DNA of 64,000 bases from an uncultured Chloroflexia bacterium (GTDB lineage Bacteria > Chloroflexota > Limnocylindria > Limnocylindrales > CSP1-4), in contig CAVPPB010000003.1 in assembly GCA_963707215.1 (NCBI GenBank), positions 1,536,001 through 1,600,000 on the forward strand, in the 5' to 3' direction. Under the pieces are notes generated by a model. That model was given only the letters and a program-made list of their open reading frames with translations. It was not told the origin of the DNA and made no database searches. The position numbers were made by a program, and so were the translations under genes. Positions 22,351 to 32,233 of the stretch are shown here, one piece after another (the first letter of the stretch is position 1; each line of letters begins with the position of its first letter).

Positions 22351-22808
22351 GCCGACAGCACCGCGACGGTGAAGACGACGGCGATCGACAGGATCGTCAG
22401 CGTCGCGACGACCCAGGCCAGGCGGAACGCACCCTTGACCCGGTCCACCGGCATCCAGGCCCAGGCCGAACGCCATATGCGGAGCGTGGCGTCGAGGGTC
22501 GTGATCATCAGCAGCGGCGCGCCGATGACGACGCAGAGCTTGATGAGGGGGCTGCCGAGGGGGACACCGAGCTCGAGCGCGGTGATGGCGACCGCGCCGC
22601 AGACGAGCGCGATGACCGACAGGTTGATGTAGTGCCGCTGGAGCGGCGTCGGCTTCGTCTCCGGGACCGAGCGGGGCGGCAGCCCCTGGAGGCTCGGGGG
22701 CACGACCGGCTCGCGGACGGCCTGGCGATCGAGCACGGGCATGCCCGGCTCCCAGCGTGGGTCGTCCATGCCGGCCGGAGGACGCTCGGGCGTCGACGTC
22801 CGCTCCAT
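22347..22808 (-). CDS. hypothetical membrane protein (3 TM)
   Basis: Three hydrophobic helices; stop overlaps the NUDIX start (ATGA). Confidence 0.7.
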   Translation of the reverse strand: MERTSTPERPPAGMDDPRWEPGMPVLDRQAVREPVVPPSLQGLPPRSVPETKPTPLQRHYINLSVIALVCGAVAITALELGVPLGSPLIKLCVVIGAPLLMITTLDATLRIWRSAWAWMPVDRVKGAFRLAWVVATLTILSIAVVFTVAVLSA

Positions 22809-22869
22809 CGTCCCCCGAGTGTAGTCGCCCGGGACGACCGGTTCTCAGACACGACCGACCACGGCGCCG

Positions 22870-23397
22870 TCAGGCGAGCGGCTCGGCGTTGCTTGGATCG
22901 GCCAGGACCGCCTCGGTCTGGCGGGCGCGGTAGGCCGCGAGACGGTCGGCCAGCCCCGGATCGGAGAGGGCCAGGATCGATGCCGCCAGCAGGGCGGCAT
23001 TCGTGGCGTTGCCGATGGCGACCGTCGCCACGGGGATGCCACGCGGCATCTGGACGATGCTGAGCAGCGAGTCAAGGCCCCGCAGCTGCTCGGTCGGGAT
23101 CGGCACGCCGATGACCGGCAGCTGGGTCTTCGCCGCCAGCATCCCAGGCAGATGGGCCGCCCCGCCGGCGCCGGCGACGATCACCCGGATGCCCCGGTGG
23201 GCGGCCGTCTCCGCGTAGCGGAACAGGTGGTCCGGCGTCCGATGCGCCGAGACGACACGCAGCTCGCAGGGGACGCCAAGCTCGTCGAGCACGGCGACGG
23301 CCGTCTCCAGCACCGGGAGATCGGAGCGGCTGCCCCCGACGATGCCGACGAGCGGCGAGCCCGCCGGGGTGGCGTCGGGGTGGGAAGTCTCGGCCAT
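22870..23397 (-). CDS. purE: N5-carboxyaminoimidazole ribonucleotide mutase
   Basis: [52 protein letters not shown]. Confidence 0.96.
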   Translation of the reverse strand: MAETSHPDATPAGSPLVGIVGGSRSDLPVLETAVAVLDELGVPCELRVVSAHRTPDHLFRYAETAAHRGIRVIVAGAGGAAHLPGMLAAKTQLPVIGVPIPTEQLRGLDSLLSIVQMPRGIPVATVAIGNATNAALLAASILALSDPGLADRLAAYRARQTEAVLADPSNAEPLA

Positions 23398-23738
23398 CGT
23401 CCGATAGTAGCGCTCGCTGCGAGCCTCCTACGCGTCCAGGAGGCGGCGGGAAGCCGGGAAGCCGACCAGGCGACCGCACCGTCCGATCCGGCCCCCGGAC
23501 GTGCGTGGACGAGCATCCGAACGCCTGGGGACGCGATCGGATCAGCTCCGACCTTGCCCCCGAGTCGCCGTAGTGCGGCCCTCGGCGGGATCGGGCAGGA
23601 GACCCGGCGGGCCGAGGTCGCGCCCGGGGCTGGCCGCGGCCGTGCCCGCACCCGGCCACTGCCCGTCGGGGCTGCGGGTTCCCCTCGGGCGGCGTCGTCG
23701 ACTACCCTCTCCGGACACCCGGCGACGAGGAGGAGCGC

Positions 23739-26700
23739 ATGGACTGTCCCAGCTGCGGCGCCGACAACCGTCCCGAGCGCAAGTTCTGCGCCTCGTGCGG
23801 GTCCGCGCTGGGCTGGCACTGCGCGTCGTGCGGCGCGAGCAACCTGCCCGACGAGCGGTTCTGCGGCGAGTGCGGGACCCGACGGCCCGATGCCGGGGCA
23901 TCCCCCACGCCCGGTCCTGCGAATGCCGCCGCCGCGTCGCCCGGTCCGGGGAGCCGTCCGCAGGTCGCCCCGTCGGCAGGCGAGCGCCGCCTCGTGAGCG
24001 TCCTGTTCGCCGACCTCGTGGGCTTCACCTCGCTCTCGGGCGAGCTCGACATCGAGGCCGTGCGCGACCTCCAGTCGGCCTATTTCGACGCCTCCCGCAC
24101 CGTGATCGAGCGGTATGGCGGCACCGTCGAGAAGTTCATCGGCGACGCGGTCATGGCCGTGTGGGGCTATCCGACGGCCCACGAGGACGACGCCGAGCGC
24201 GGGGTGCGGGCTGCCCTCGACGTGGTCGACGCGGTCGCCGCCCTGGGGGAGACGCACCGGATGGGCTCGCTGGCCGCGCGGGCTGCCGTCGCGACCGGCG
24301 AGGCGGCCGTGACCCTCGGCGCCGTCGGCCAGGGGATGGTGACCGGTGACCTGGTCAACACGGCCGCCCGGCTCCAGGGCGCGGCCGAGCCCGGCTCGGT
24401 GATCGTGGACGAGTCGACCCAGCACGCGACCCACCAGGCGATCGCGCTCGAGCGGATCGGGGACCTCACCCTCAAGGGCAAGGACGTCCCGGTCCCGGCG
24501 TGGCGGGCGAGCGCCGTCGTCGCCGGCCGGCGGGGAGCCGGTCGCGGCGAGGGTGTCGAGTCGCCGTTCGTCGGGCGGCGGACCGAGCTGCGCGCCCTCA
24601 AGGACGCGCTGGCGGCTACCTCGGCGGAAGGTCGTGCCCGGCTCGTCGCCATCGTCGGCCAGGCCGGCATCGGCAAGAGCCGGCTCGCCTGGGAGCTGGA
24701 GAAGTACGTCGACGGCGTCAGCGAGACGATCTACTGGCACCGCGGCCGCTCGCCCGCCTACGGCGAGGGGGTCGCCTACTGGGCGCTCGGCGAGATGGTG
24801 CGCGAGCGGGCAGGGATCGCGGAGTCGGACGATGCGGCCGCCAACTCGGCCAAGCTCGACGCGATGCTCGAGCAGTACCTCGACGATCCCACCGAGCGAC
24901 GCTGGCTCCTGCCGCACCTGCGGACCCTGCTCGGCTTCGAGGAGCAGGCGGGCGGCGACCGGACCGAGCAGTTCGCCGCCTGGCGGCGCCTCTTCGAGGC
25001 GATCTCCGAGCGCGGCACGACGGCGCTCGTCTTCGAGGACATCCACTGGGCGGACGACGGCCTGCTCGACTTCATCGACTCGCTCCTGGAGTGGTCACGC
25101 GAGCGCCCGCTGCTGGTCGTGGCCCTTGCCCGGCCGGAGCTCCTGGAGCGACGGCCCGGGTTCGGGACCGCGAGCCGCAACGCCCTCCGGCTGCACCTCG
25201 ATCCACTGACGACCGACGAGATGCGAGAGCTGCTCGGCAACCTGGCGCCGGACCTGCCGGATGCGAGCCTGACCGCCACCCTCGAGCGCGCCGAGGGGAT
25301 CCCGCTCTACGCGATCGAGCTCGTCCGGATGCTGCGCAGCGCAGCCGGCGAGACCGACCAGGTCGTCGACCCGGCCGACCTGGAGATCCCGCCGACGCTC
25401 CAGGCCTTGGTCGGCGCTCGACTCGACGCGCTCGAGGCCGACGACCGGAGCCTCGTCCAGGTGGCAGCCGTCCTGGGCCAGTCGTTCACCCTGCCGGCGC
25501 TCGTCGCCGTGGCCGACCGGCCGGCCGAGGCGCTGGAACCGCGCCTGCGCTCGCTTGTGCGTCGGGAGATCCTCGCCGTCGACGCCGACCCGCGGTCGCC
25601 CGAGCGCGGCCAGTACGGCTTCGTCCAGTCGGTCATCCGCGAGGTCGCCCTCTCGACCCTCTCGCGCCGCGATCGCCGGACCCGCCACCTGGCGGCTGCC
25701 CGCTACTTCGAGTCGCTCGGAGACGAGGAGCTGGCCCCGGTCCTCGCCGCCCACTACCTCGACGCCTATCGAGCCGCCCCGGACGACGAGCAGGGAGCCG
25801 CGATCAAGGCCCAGGCACGGGTCGCCGTCCGAGCGTCCGCCGATCGGGCTGCCCGGCTCCACAACTACGATCAGGCGATCCGCGGGATCGGCGAGGCGCT
25901 CGTCCTGACCGACGACGACGCCGAGCGGGCCGCCCTGCTCCTCCGCCAGGCCGAGCTATCCGAGGCCGGGGCCCGGCTCACCGAAGGTCGGACGATCGCG
26001 GAGCGGGCCCGTGGAGCCTACGAGGCGATCGGCGATGCCCACGGGGTCCTGACGGCCACCGCCCTCATCGGCCGGATCGAGCTGTCCGACGGGCGCATCG
26101 ACGAGGCGACGGCCGCGCTGGAGCGGAGCCTCGAGGGCCTCGACCCGGCTGCCGACCCCGACGTCTACGCCCGGCTGGCCAGCTTGCTCGCCCGCGCCCA
26201 CATGCTGGCCAACCGGTACGCCCCGGGCCTCGAGTGGACCGATCGGGCGCTGGCGGCCGCCGGGCCGATCCGGTTGACCGAGACCATCGCCGACGCGCTC
26301 AACTCCCGGGGGGTCATGCTCCAGGAATCGGGCCGGCTCGACGAGGCCCTCCTGCTGATCCGGGCGGCGATCCAGCTCGCCGCCGATAACCACCACTCGC
26401 ACGCTGAGCTCAGGGCTCGCTACAACCTCGCCGGACGGCTCTTCTCGGACGATCCGCGAGCCAGCTCCGAGGTGATCAACGGCGCTATCGACGTGGCGAC
26501 CCGGACAGGGCGTCGGGACTGGCAGGTGCTCTGTGCGACCTTCGCAGCAGTCATCGACGAATCGATCGGCGAGTGGGACCAGGCACTGCGCACCATCGAC
26601 GATCTTGGCGCAAGAGTGGACCCTTCTTCGCACGAGGTGGACGCCGTCGCCGCCCGTGCGGCCATCGAGGCCCGACGGGGAGATCGGGAGGCCTGGCCAG

Positions 26701-27302
26701 CGGCGGCAACGAGGATCCGGGAGTTGCTCGAGGGCACCTCGAACACGCAGTCGTTCGCAGTGACCGTCACCTACGCCGCCGACGTCGCCATCGCGGAGGG
26801 ACGGCTGCGTGACGCCCTCGCCGAGGCGTCGAAGATCACGAGCGGGAACTGGCTGTACTTCGCGCTGCACTACCGACTGCGGGCCGCGCTCCGCCTTCGC
26901 GATGTCGCGGCTGCCCGAGCCGCAGCCGAGACGCCAGCCTATCTGGCCGAGGTCGGGCGGCTCAGGGACGTCGAACGTCGCGTGGCGGGGGCCGGCCTTG
27001 CCGCCCTCGCGGATCGTCGCGACGACGCGGTATCGATGTACCAGGACGCTTCCCGTGCGCTGCGCTCGATCGACGCTCCGCTGATCCTCGCCGACGCCAT
27101 GCTCGATGCCGCGTATGTGCTTGGTCCCGACGACCCGGCCGTGCCGGCGATGGCCGACGAAGCGCGGTCGATCTACGAGCGACTGGGCGCCCGGGTGCTG
27201 ATCGACCGTCTCGACGAGGCGATGGCCCGCGGCACACCGGGACGCCCCGGTGCGTCCGTCGCGACGCCCTCGACCGAGGTGAGCACCCGCACCGAGGGCT
27301 GA
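23739..27302 (+). CDS. STAND-type class III nucleotide cyclase (double zinc ribbon + cyclase + AAA ATPase + TPR)
   Basis: CPSCG..FCASCG..CASCG..FCGECG; ERRLVSVLFADLVGFT, EKFIGDAVMA, GDLVNTAARLQ; Walker A GQAGIGKS, Walker B LVFEDIHWAD; SD GAGGAGG. Confidence 0.92.
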   Translation: MDCPSCGADNRPERKFCASCGSALGWHCASCGASNLPDERFCGECGTRRPDAGASPTPGPANAAAASPGPGSRPQVAPSAGERRLVSVLFADLVGFTSLSGELDIEAVRDLQSAYFDASRTVIERYGGTVEKFIGDAVMAVWGYPTAHEDDAERGVRAALDVVDAVAALGETHRMGSLAARAAVATGEAAVTLGAVGQGMVTGDLVNTAARLQGAAEPGSVIVDESTQHATHQAIALERIGDLTLKGKDVPVPAWRASAVVAGRRGAGRGEGVESPFVGRRTELRALKDALAATSAEGRARLVAIVGQAGIGKSRLAWELEKYVDGVSETIYWHRGRSPAYGEGVAYWALGEMVRERAGIAESDDAAANSAKLDAMLEQYLDDPTERRWLLPHLRTLLGFEEQAGGDRTEQFAAWRRLFEAISERGTTALVFEDIHWADDGLLDFIDSLLEWSRERPLLVVALARPELLERRPGFGTASRNALRLHLDPLTTDEMRELLGNLAPDLPDASLTATLERAEGIPLYAIELVRMLRSAAGETDQVVDPADLEIPPTLQALVGARLDALEADDRSLVQVAAVLGQSFTLPALVAVADRPAEALEPRLRSLVRREILAVDADPRSPERGQYGFVQSVIREVALSTLSRRDRRTRHLAAARYFESLGDEELAPVLAAHYLDAYRAAPDDEQGAAIKAQARVAVRASADRAARLHNYDQAIRGIGEALVLTDDDAERAALLLRQAELSEAGARLTEGRTIAERARGAYEAIGDAHGVLTATALIGRIELSDGRIDEATAALERSLEGLDPAADPDVYARLASLLARAHMLANRYAPGLEWTDRALAAAGPIRLTETIADALNSRGVMLQESGRLDEALLLIRAAIQLAADNHHSHAELRARYNLAGRLFSDDPRASSEVINGAIDVATRTGRRDWQVLCATFAAVIDESIGEWDQALRTIDDLGARVDPSSHEVDAVAARAAIEARRGDREAWPAAATRIRELLEGTSNTQSFAVTVTYAADVAIAEGRLRDALAEASKITSGNWLYFALHYRLRAALRLRDVAAARAAAETPAYLAEVGRLRDVERRVAGAGLAALADRRDDAVSMYQDASRALRSIDAPLILADAMLDAAYVLGPDDPAVPAMADEARSIYERLGARVLIDRLDEAMARGTPGRPGASVATPSTEVSTRTEG

Positions 27303-27395
27303 CGGTCGGAGTCGCCGCGGGCGTCGAGTGCCGGTCGAGCGGAAGGCCTGCTCCGTCCGGCCGGCTTTTCGGCGCCCTGAAGGGCGGGGTGGCCC

Positions 27396-27424
27396 TTGAA
27401 TCCGACACCGGTCGCGGGGAGACT
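27396..27424 (+). promoter_or_regulatory. putative sigma70-type promoter for the riboswitch/small protein transcript
   Basis: TTGAAT (27396-27401), 17-nt spacer, GAGACT (27419-27424). Confidence 0.5.
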
Positions 27425-27437
27425 GGGGCAAGCAGTC

Positions 27438-27508
27438 GGGAGGCTGGGAAGCACGGTCCAAACGCGAGTCGCCCGGACCGTGCCGAGCCACTGGCGAGAC
27501 CGGCCCGA
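27438..27508 (+). ncRNA. c-di-GMP-II-like riboswitch (probable variant class)
   Basis: P1 GGCTGG(27442-47)/CCGGCC(27500-05); GAA; stem GCACGGTCC(27451-59)/GGACCGTGC(27475-83); loop TCGCC can pseudoknot with GGCGA in GAGCCACTGGCGAGACC; lies in the 5' UTR of ORF 27557. Confidence 0.7.
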
Positions 27509-27556
27509 AGCGCTGATCGGAGGCACTCCAGGAAGCGCCAAGGGAGGTCGCGAATC

Positions 27557-27955
27557 ATGCACGCCACCTACCCGGCAGCCATCCAACACCATCCCGGCTG
27601 GTTCGGAGCGTTCATCGGCGCCATGACAGGGGCGCTCCTGATGCTCGGCCTGCTCCTGGTGCTCGACCGTGTCGACCTCAGGACCGCGCAGCCTGCGGCA
27701 CCGGCCGCAGCTGAGCTCACCCAGACGCAGGCGGTCCGGGACCACTGGGTCCGGGAACACCAAGCCGTGATCGCCGCGGACCGCGCCGCGAAGATGCAGC
27801 GGATCTTCGTGCTCGAGCACCACGGCGACCTCGCAGTCCCGGTTCCCGGCACGCTGGCTGACCACTTCACGCGGGAGCACCGGGCCGACATGCTCGTGCC
27901 CGACAGCCTGAGCGGTCACTTCGCCCGGGAGCACCGGGCCGACCTCGCCGGCTAG
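27557..27955 (+). CDS. small single-pass membrane protein with His-rich repeats
   Basis: SD AGGGAGG; TM GAFIGAMTGALLMLGLLLVL; repeats DHWVREH, FVLEHHGD, DHFTREHRAD, GHFAREHRAD. Confidence 0.7.
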   Translation: MHATYPAAIQHHPGWFGAFIGAMTGALLMLGLLLVLDRVDLRTAQPAAPAAAELTQTQAVRDHWVREHQAVIAADRAAKMQRIFVLEHHGDLAVPVPGTLADHFTREHRADMLVPDSLSGHFAREHRADLAG

Positions 27956-28024
27956 GGGGCGCGAGAGCGTCGGACCCAGGGGGTGGGACGCCGGTCCCGC
28001 CTCGCGAGGACCCCCGAGGCCTGA

Positions 28025-29491
28025 CTACTCGCCCTGGGCCTTGCTGTAGCCGGCCTCGCCGTCGAACGACTGGAGCCGCTCGACCTGGCTCCAGCGGAAC
28101 CCCGCGCCAGAGATCCGGCCGAGCACGTCGACAAGGTCCGCATCGGTCACTTCGACACCGTCGCGGCCGATGATCCGCAGCCGCCACCAGCGCACGTCAT
28201 CGCTCCCGCTGATCTCACTGGCCGGGTAGACCTTGGTCCCTCGCGAGCTGATCATCTTGAGACGGAGCCGATCGCCGGTGAGGGCCTCGATGGCCGTCCC
28301 CACGCTGACCGGGTCGCCGTCGGCTTCGATCATCACGTCCATCCCGACGAGGACCCGGGGGATGGCCGCGTAGTGCCCCGGCGAGTAGTCCCAGCGCGGC
28401 ATCCGAGCCGCGTCCGAGGGCTCGCGCCGTGGTCGACCTGGGATGGCGGGGCCTCGCTGACCGAGGTTCGCGATGACCGCATCGGTGAAGGCGGTCGTCG
28501 AGGCAGCCTGGGCCGCGTCGCCGCCGGTCTGGCGTGCCAGGTCCTGGGTCATGACGGCACCCGAGGCGAGGGTCGCGAAGACGGCCCCCTCGACCGTGCT
28601 CGCCGCCTCGGCTTCGCCCAGGTGACGGAGCATCATGACCGCCGAGAGGATGAGCGCCGTCGGGTTGATGACGTCCTTGCCGGCGTATTTGGGCGCCGAG
28701 CCGTGGACCGCTTCGAAGATGGCGACGTCGTCGCCGAAGTTCCCGGACGCGGCGAACCCGAGCCCGCCGACGAGTCCCGAGGCGAGGTCGGACAGGATGT
28801 CGCCGTTCATGTTCGTCATGACCAGGACGTCGAACTGGGCCGGGTCCTTGGCCAGCTGGTGGGCGGCGTTGTCGACGATGATGTGGCGCGCCTCGATCTC
28901 TGGGTAGTCCGGCGCGACCTCCTCGAACACGCGCTTGAACAGGCCCTCGGTCAGCTTGAGGATATTGGCCTTCGTCGCGCAGGTGACGAGCTGGCGACCT
29001 TCCCTCCGGGCCAGCTCGAAGGCGTAACGGATGACCTTCTCCGAGCCCTTGCGGCTGACGACCTTGAGCGCCTGGCCGACGTCCGGCGTCTGCATGTGCT
29101 CGATGCCGGCGTAGAGGTCCTCGATGTTCTCCCGGACCACGACGAAGTCGATCCCCTCCCCGCTGTAGCGGGTCGGGACGCCGGGCAGCTCGCGGGCCGG
29201 CCGGATGTTGGCGTAGGTCTCGAAGAGCTTGCGCAAGGTGACGTTGGCGCTCTTCTCGCCGAAACCGACCGGGGTCTCGAGCGGGCCCTTGAGGACGACC
29301 CGGCTGCGCTCGATCGACTTGCGCGTGTCGACCGGGACGCCCGACGAGTCCCCACGCTTGAAGATCTCGGCGCCGGCCTCGGCCCACTCCCACTCGATGG
29401 GCACGCCGGCCGCGTCGATGATGCGGACGGCGGAGCGGACGACCTCGGGGCCGACGCCGTCGCCGGGGATGACGGTGACTGGATGACTCAT
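28025..29491 (-). CDS. icd: isocitrate dehydrogenase (Thermus/Rickettsia-type with C-terminal extension)
   Basis: [64 protein letters not shown]-terminal [20 protein letters not shown]. Confidence 0.9.
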   Translation of the reverse strand: MSHPVTVIPGDGVGPEVVRSAVRIIDAAGVPIEWEWAEAGAEIFKRGDSSGVPVDTRKSIERSRVVLKGPLETPVGFGEKSANVTLRKLFETYANIRPARELPGVPTRYSGEGIDFVVVRENIEDLYAGIEHMQTPDVGQALKVVSRKGSEKVIRYAFELARREGRQLVTCATKANILKLTEGLFKRVFEEVAPDYPEIEARHIIVDNAAHQLAKDPAQFDVLVMTNMNGDILSDLASGLVGGLGFAASGNFGDDVAIFEAVHGSAPKYAGKDVINPTALILSAVMMLRHLGEAEAASTVEGAVFATLASGAVMTQDLARQTGGDAAQAASTTAFTDAVIANLGQRGPAIPGRPRREPSDAARMPRWDYSPGHYAAIPRVLVGMDVMIEADGDPVSVGTAIEALTGDRLRLKMISSRGTKVYPASEISGSDDVRWWRLRIIGRDGVEVTDADLVDVLGRISGAGFRWSQVERLQSFDGEAGYSKAQGE

Positions 29492-29627
29492 CGGGGCGGG
29501 ATCCTCGCTGGGGGTGCGGTCTGACGCGTCTCGGGACATCGTAGGTCGAAGGCGTCGGTCGCGGTTGGCGGTTCCCGGCCGTGGGCGAGAGTCCGGTCCG
29601 ATCGGGTGGCCGCCAGCCTGCGGTCGG

Positions 29628-31409
29628 TCACTCCCAGCGCAGCGCCGAGCGAGCACGGCGAGCCCGCTCGAGGGCCGCCTCGACGTCCTCGGCAAGGTCG
29701 GGGTCGGCCAGTGAGTCGCCCATCGCCACGACGTGGCCCATCTTCCGACGCTCGAACACCTCGCGCTTGTCGTAGACGTGGACACGGACCCGCGCGTCGG
29801 CCAGGGCGTCGGCCAGGCCCGTCAGGGCGGCCGGCCGGCGCGGCCCCTCGCCGAGCAGGTTGACCAGCGCGACCGCCTCGTCCTGGCTGGGATCGCCGAG
29901 GGGCAGCCCGCAGATCGCCCGTACGTGCTGCTCGAACTGGCTGACCCGGCACGCCTCGACCGTCCAGTGGCCACTGTTGTGGACCCGCGGCGCGAGCTCG
30001 TTGACGACGAGCGAGCCGTCCGGCAGCAGGAACAGCTCGGCCGTCAGCAGCCCGACGAGCCCCACCCCGAGGGCCAGGCGTTCGACGATCGCGGCGGCCC
30101 GGCGGGCGGTCTCGGCGTCGATCGGCGCGGGCGCGACCGACTCCACGAGGATCCCGGCGTCGTGGACGTTGCGGGCGACCGGGAACGGCGCCATCGTCCC
30201 GTCGATGGCGCGGGCGACGATGACCGAGAGCTCCATCCGGAAGCCCAGCTCGACCTCGAGGAGCGCGGCCTCGCCAACGGGCCGGCCGAGCCGCTCGAGC
30301 GCCTCGCGGAGGGCTCGTTCCGCCGCCGCCGCACCACCGGGCTCCGATGCCGAGGGGATGCGGACCTGGCTGCGGCCGTCGTAGCCGCCGATCGAGGCCT
30401 TCAGCCGGAGGGCGACACCCGGGTGCCCGAGCTCGGCCGCCGCTGCGGCCAGGCCCTCGGCGTCGCGGACCTCGCGCCATGGCGCCACGGCCACGCCGTG
30501 GCCCTCCACGAAGCGACGCTCGGCCAGCCGGTCCTGGGTGACCCGCAGCGGATACGGGCCCGGCCGGACGGGCCGGATGGCGTCGACCGCATCCACGACC
30601 GCCGCATCGACGTGCTCGAGCTCGTAGGTGACGACGGCACAGCCCCCGGCCAATCCCACGGCACCCTCGACGGAGTCATACGGAGCGACGACGACCCGAT
30701 CGGCGATCGCGGCTGCCGGGCACTCGGGGTCGGGATCGAGGACGGCGATCCGGTAGCCCATCGAGCGAGCGGCGAAGCCGAGCATCCGGCCGAGCTGCCC
30801 ACCTCCCAGGATGCCGATGGTCGCCGGTGGCTCGATCGGCCGACGCAGCAGTCCCAGCCGGGCGTAGGCCGTCGAGATCCAGCTCGCCTTGGCATACGCG
30901 TAGACCTGGCTGTCGAGCGGGCCCTCGGATGCCGCGACGATCCCTCGCTTGACCGCCGCGTACTGGCCGCGCAGGTCGGCATCGGCCCGCAGCGCATCGC
31001 GGAACGCCACCTCCCGATCGAAGTCACCCTCGAACGGTGACAGCCCGGTCGGGTGGACGTGGAGGTGGATCCGGAAGCGTTCGCCCCGGGCGACCATCGA
31101 GCCGACGAGGAGCGGCCGGGTCGGAGGGAAGACGTCGGGACCGGGCTGAGGCTGGAACCCGAGCTCGAGAAGCAGCGCGGTGATCTCCGGGATGTCGGCA
31201 GGGTCGGCCTGGACCGCGAGGTCGACGACGTTCTTGCCGGGCAGCCCGGGGACAGCGGAGCTGCCGACGTGCTCCAGCTCGAGGCCCGGGCGGCGCTCGC
31301 CAATGAGGGCACCGACCGCCTGGGCCACGTCCACGACCCGCGGATCCCAGGCGTGGATGGCCGCGGGCTCGCGCTTGTATGGGCCGATGGGGCGGTCGGG
31401 ATCAGGCAC
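29628..31409 (-). CDS. purK: GrpB-domain / PurK (N5-CAIR synthase) fusion
   Basis: N-terminal GrpB (EHVGSSAVPGLPGKNVVDL, HLHV, FRDALR..Y..VK); C-terminal PurK (GILGGGQLGRM, TYELEH, GGYDGRSQ, NELAPRVHNSGH, SQFEQHVRA, RRKMGHV). Confidence 0.9.
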   Translation of the reverse strand: MPDPDRPIGPYKREPAAIHAWDPRVVDVAQAVGALIGERRPGLELEHVGSSAVPGLPGKNVVDLAVQADPADIPEITALLLELGFQPQPGPDVFPPTRPLLVGSMVARGERFRIHLHVHPTGLSPFEGDFDREVAFRDALRADADLRGQYAAVKRGIVAASEGPLDSQVYAYAKASWISTAYARLGLLRRPIEPPATIGILGGGQLGRMLGFAARSMGYRIAVLDPDPECPAAAIADRVVVAPYDSVEGAVGLAGGCAVVTYELEHVDAAVVDAVDAIRPVRPGPYPLRVTQDRLAERRFVEGHGVAVAPWREVRDAEGLAAAAAELGHPGVALRLKASIGGYDGRSQVRIPSASEPGGAAAAERALREALERLGRPVGEAALLEVELGFRMELSVIVARAIDGTMAPFPVARNVHDAGILVESVAPAPIDAETARRAAAIVERLALGVGLVGLLTAELFLLPDGSLVVNELAPRVHNSGHWTVEACRVSQFEQHVRAICGLPLGDPSQDEAVALVNLLGEGPRRPAALTGLADALADARVRVHVYDKREVFERRKMGHVVAMGDSLADPDLAEDVEAALERARRARSALRWE

Positions 31410-31477
31410 GCCCGGAGTCTAGCGAGCCGTGGGGGCAGCCCGGGCCGACGACCGCGGTCCGGACTCCAGCGCGCTCG

Positions 31478-31879
31478 TCAGATGCCCTCGACGGCGAGGT
31501 CCATCCAGCGGGCCGCATCTGCCTGGCGCCGATCGAAGGTCAGCAGCACGACCGGCGCGGGCAGCCGATCGGCGGCGGCAAGATGGAGCGCATCGAGTGT
31601 CCGGACCTCGTAGCGACAGCCGATCTCGGCTGCGCGGTCGAGACATGCCGGGTCGACCGGGACCACGTGACACCGCTCCAGGTCCTCGCGAAGCCGCTCC
31701 CGGGCGGCCTCGACACCGTCGGGTCCGAAGCCGAGCCGGCACAGCGCGATCTCGGCCTCCGAGCGAGCCAGCGCCGAGACGGCCCAGCTCGGGTCCTCAT
31801 CCATGCGCCGGAGGACGAGCTCGGTCCCTTCCTCCGCGACGTAGCGCTTCAGCAGCGCCGACGTGTCGAGGAACAGCAT
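31478..31879 (-). CDS. vapC: type II toxin, VapC family PIN domain
   Basis: FLDTSALLKRYVAE, SE, RTLDALHLAAA, TFDRRQ. Confidence 0.9.
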   Translation of the reverse strand: MLFLDTSALLKRYVAEEGTELVLRRMDEDPSWAVSALARSEAEIALCRLGFGPDGVEAARERLREDLERCHVVPVDPACLDRAAEIGCRYEVRTLDALHLAAADRLPAPVVLLTFDRRQADAARWMDLAVEGI

Positions 31880-32157
31880 CAGCGCTCGCGCAGCTCGCCC
31901 AGCACGTCGGTGCTCGATCGGCCCGATGGGCTGGGCATCGGCGCCGCGGGGCGGCGGGCCTTGCTCCGTCGTGGCGCGACGACCGCCCCGGTCGCGACCA
32001 GCTCGTCGATGCTGGCTCCGCGCTCAGATAGGGTGACGGGTCCGATCTCGGCCGCCGGGACGCCGTCGACCGTGATGATCAGCCGCTCGCCGGCCCGCGC
32101 CCGGCGTACGACCCGGCTGGCCTGGTTCCTGAGCTCCCGGAGCGCGATGCGGTCCAT
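31879..32157 (-). CDS. type II antitoxin, Phd/YefM (prevent-host-death) family
   Basis: IALRELRNQASRVVRRARAGERLIITVDGVPAAEI; stop overlaps the toxin start (TGATG). Confidence 0.88.
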   Translation of the reverse strand: MDRIALRELRNQASRVVRRARAGERLIITVDGVPAAEIGPVTLSERGASIDELVATGAVVAPRRSKARRPAAPMPSPSGRSSTDVLGELRER

Positions 32158-32233
32158 GGACTGACTGTAGCACATGGCCTACGACGTCCATCTGGCGCTC
32201 CCCGCCTCGCTCGACCGACGCTAGCATCTCGTC

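Noticed and set aside
23400-23738. 340-bp purE/cyclase intergenic region as a purine or ZMP riboswitch
   Set aside because: purE appears leaderless and no riboswitch consensus was recognisable.
31478-32157. TA pair as a marker of a mobile element
   Set aside because: No integrase, transposase, att sites or composition shift; it looks like a stand-alone chromosomal TA.
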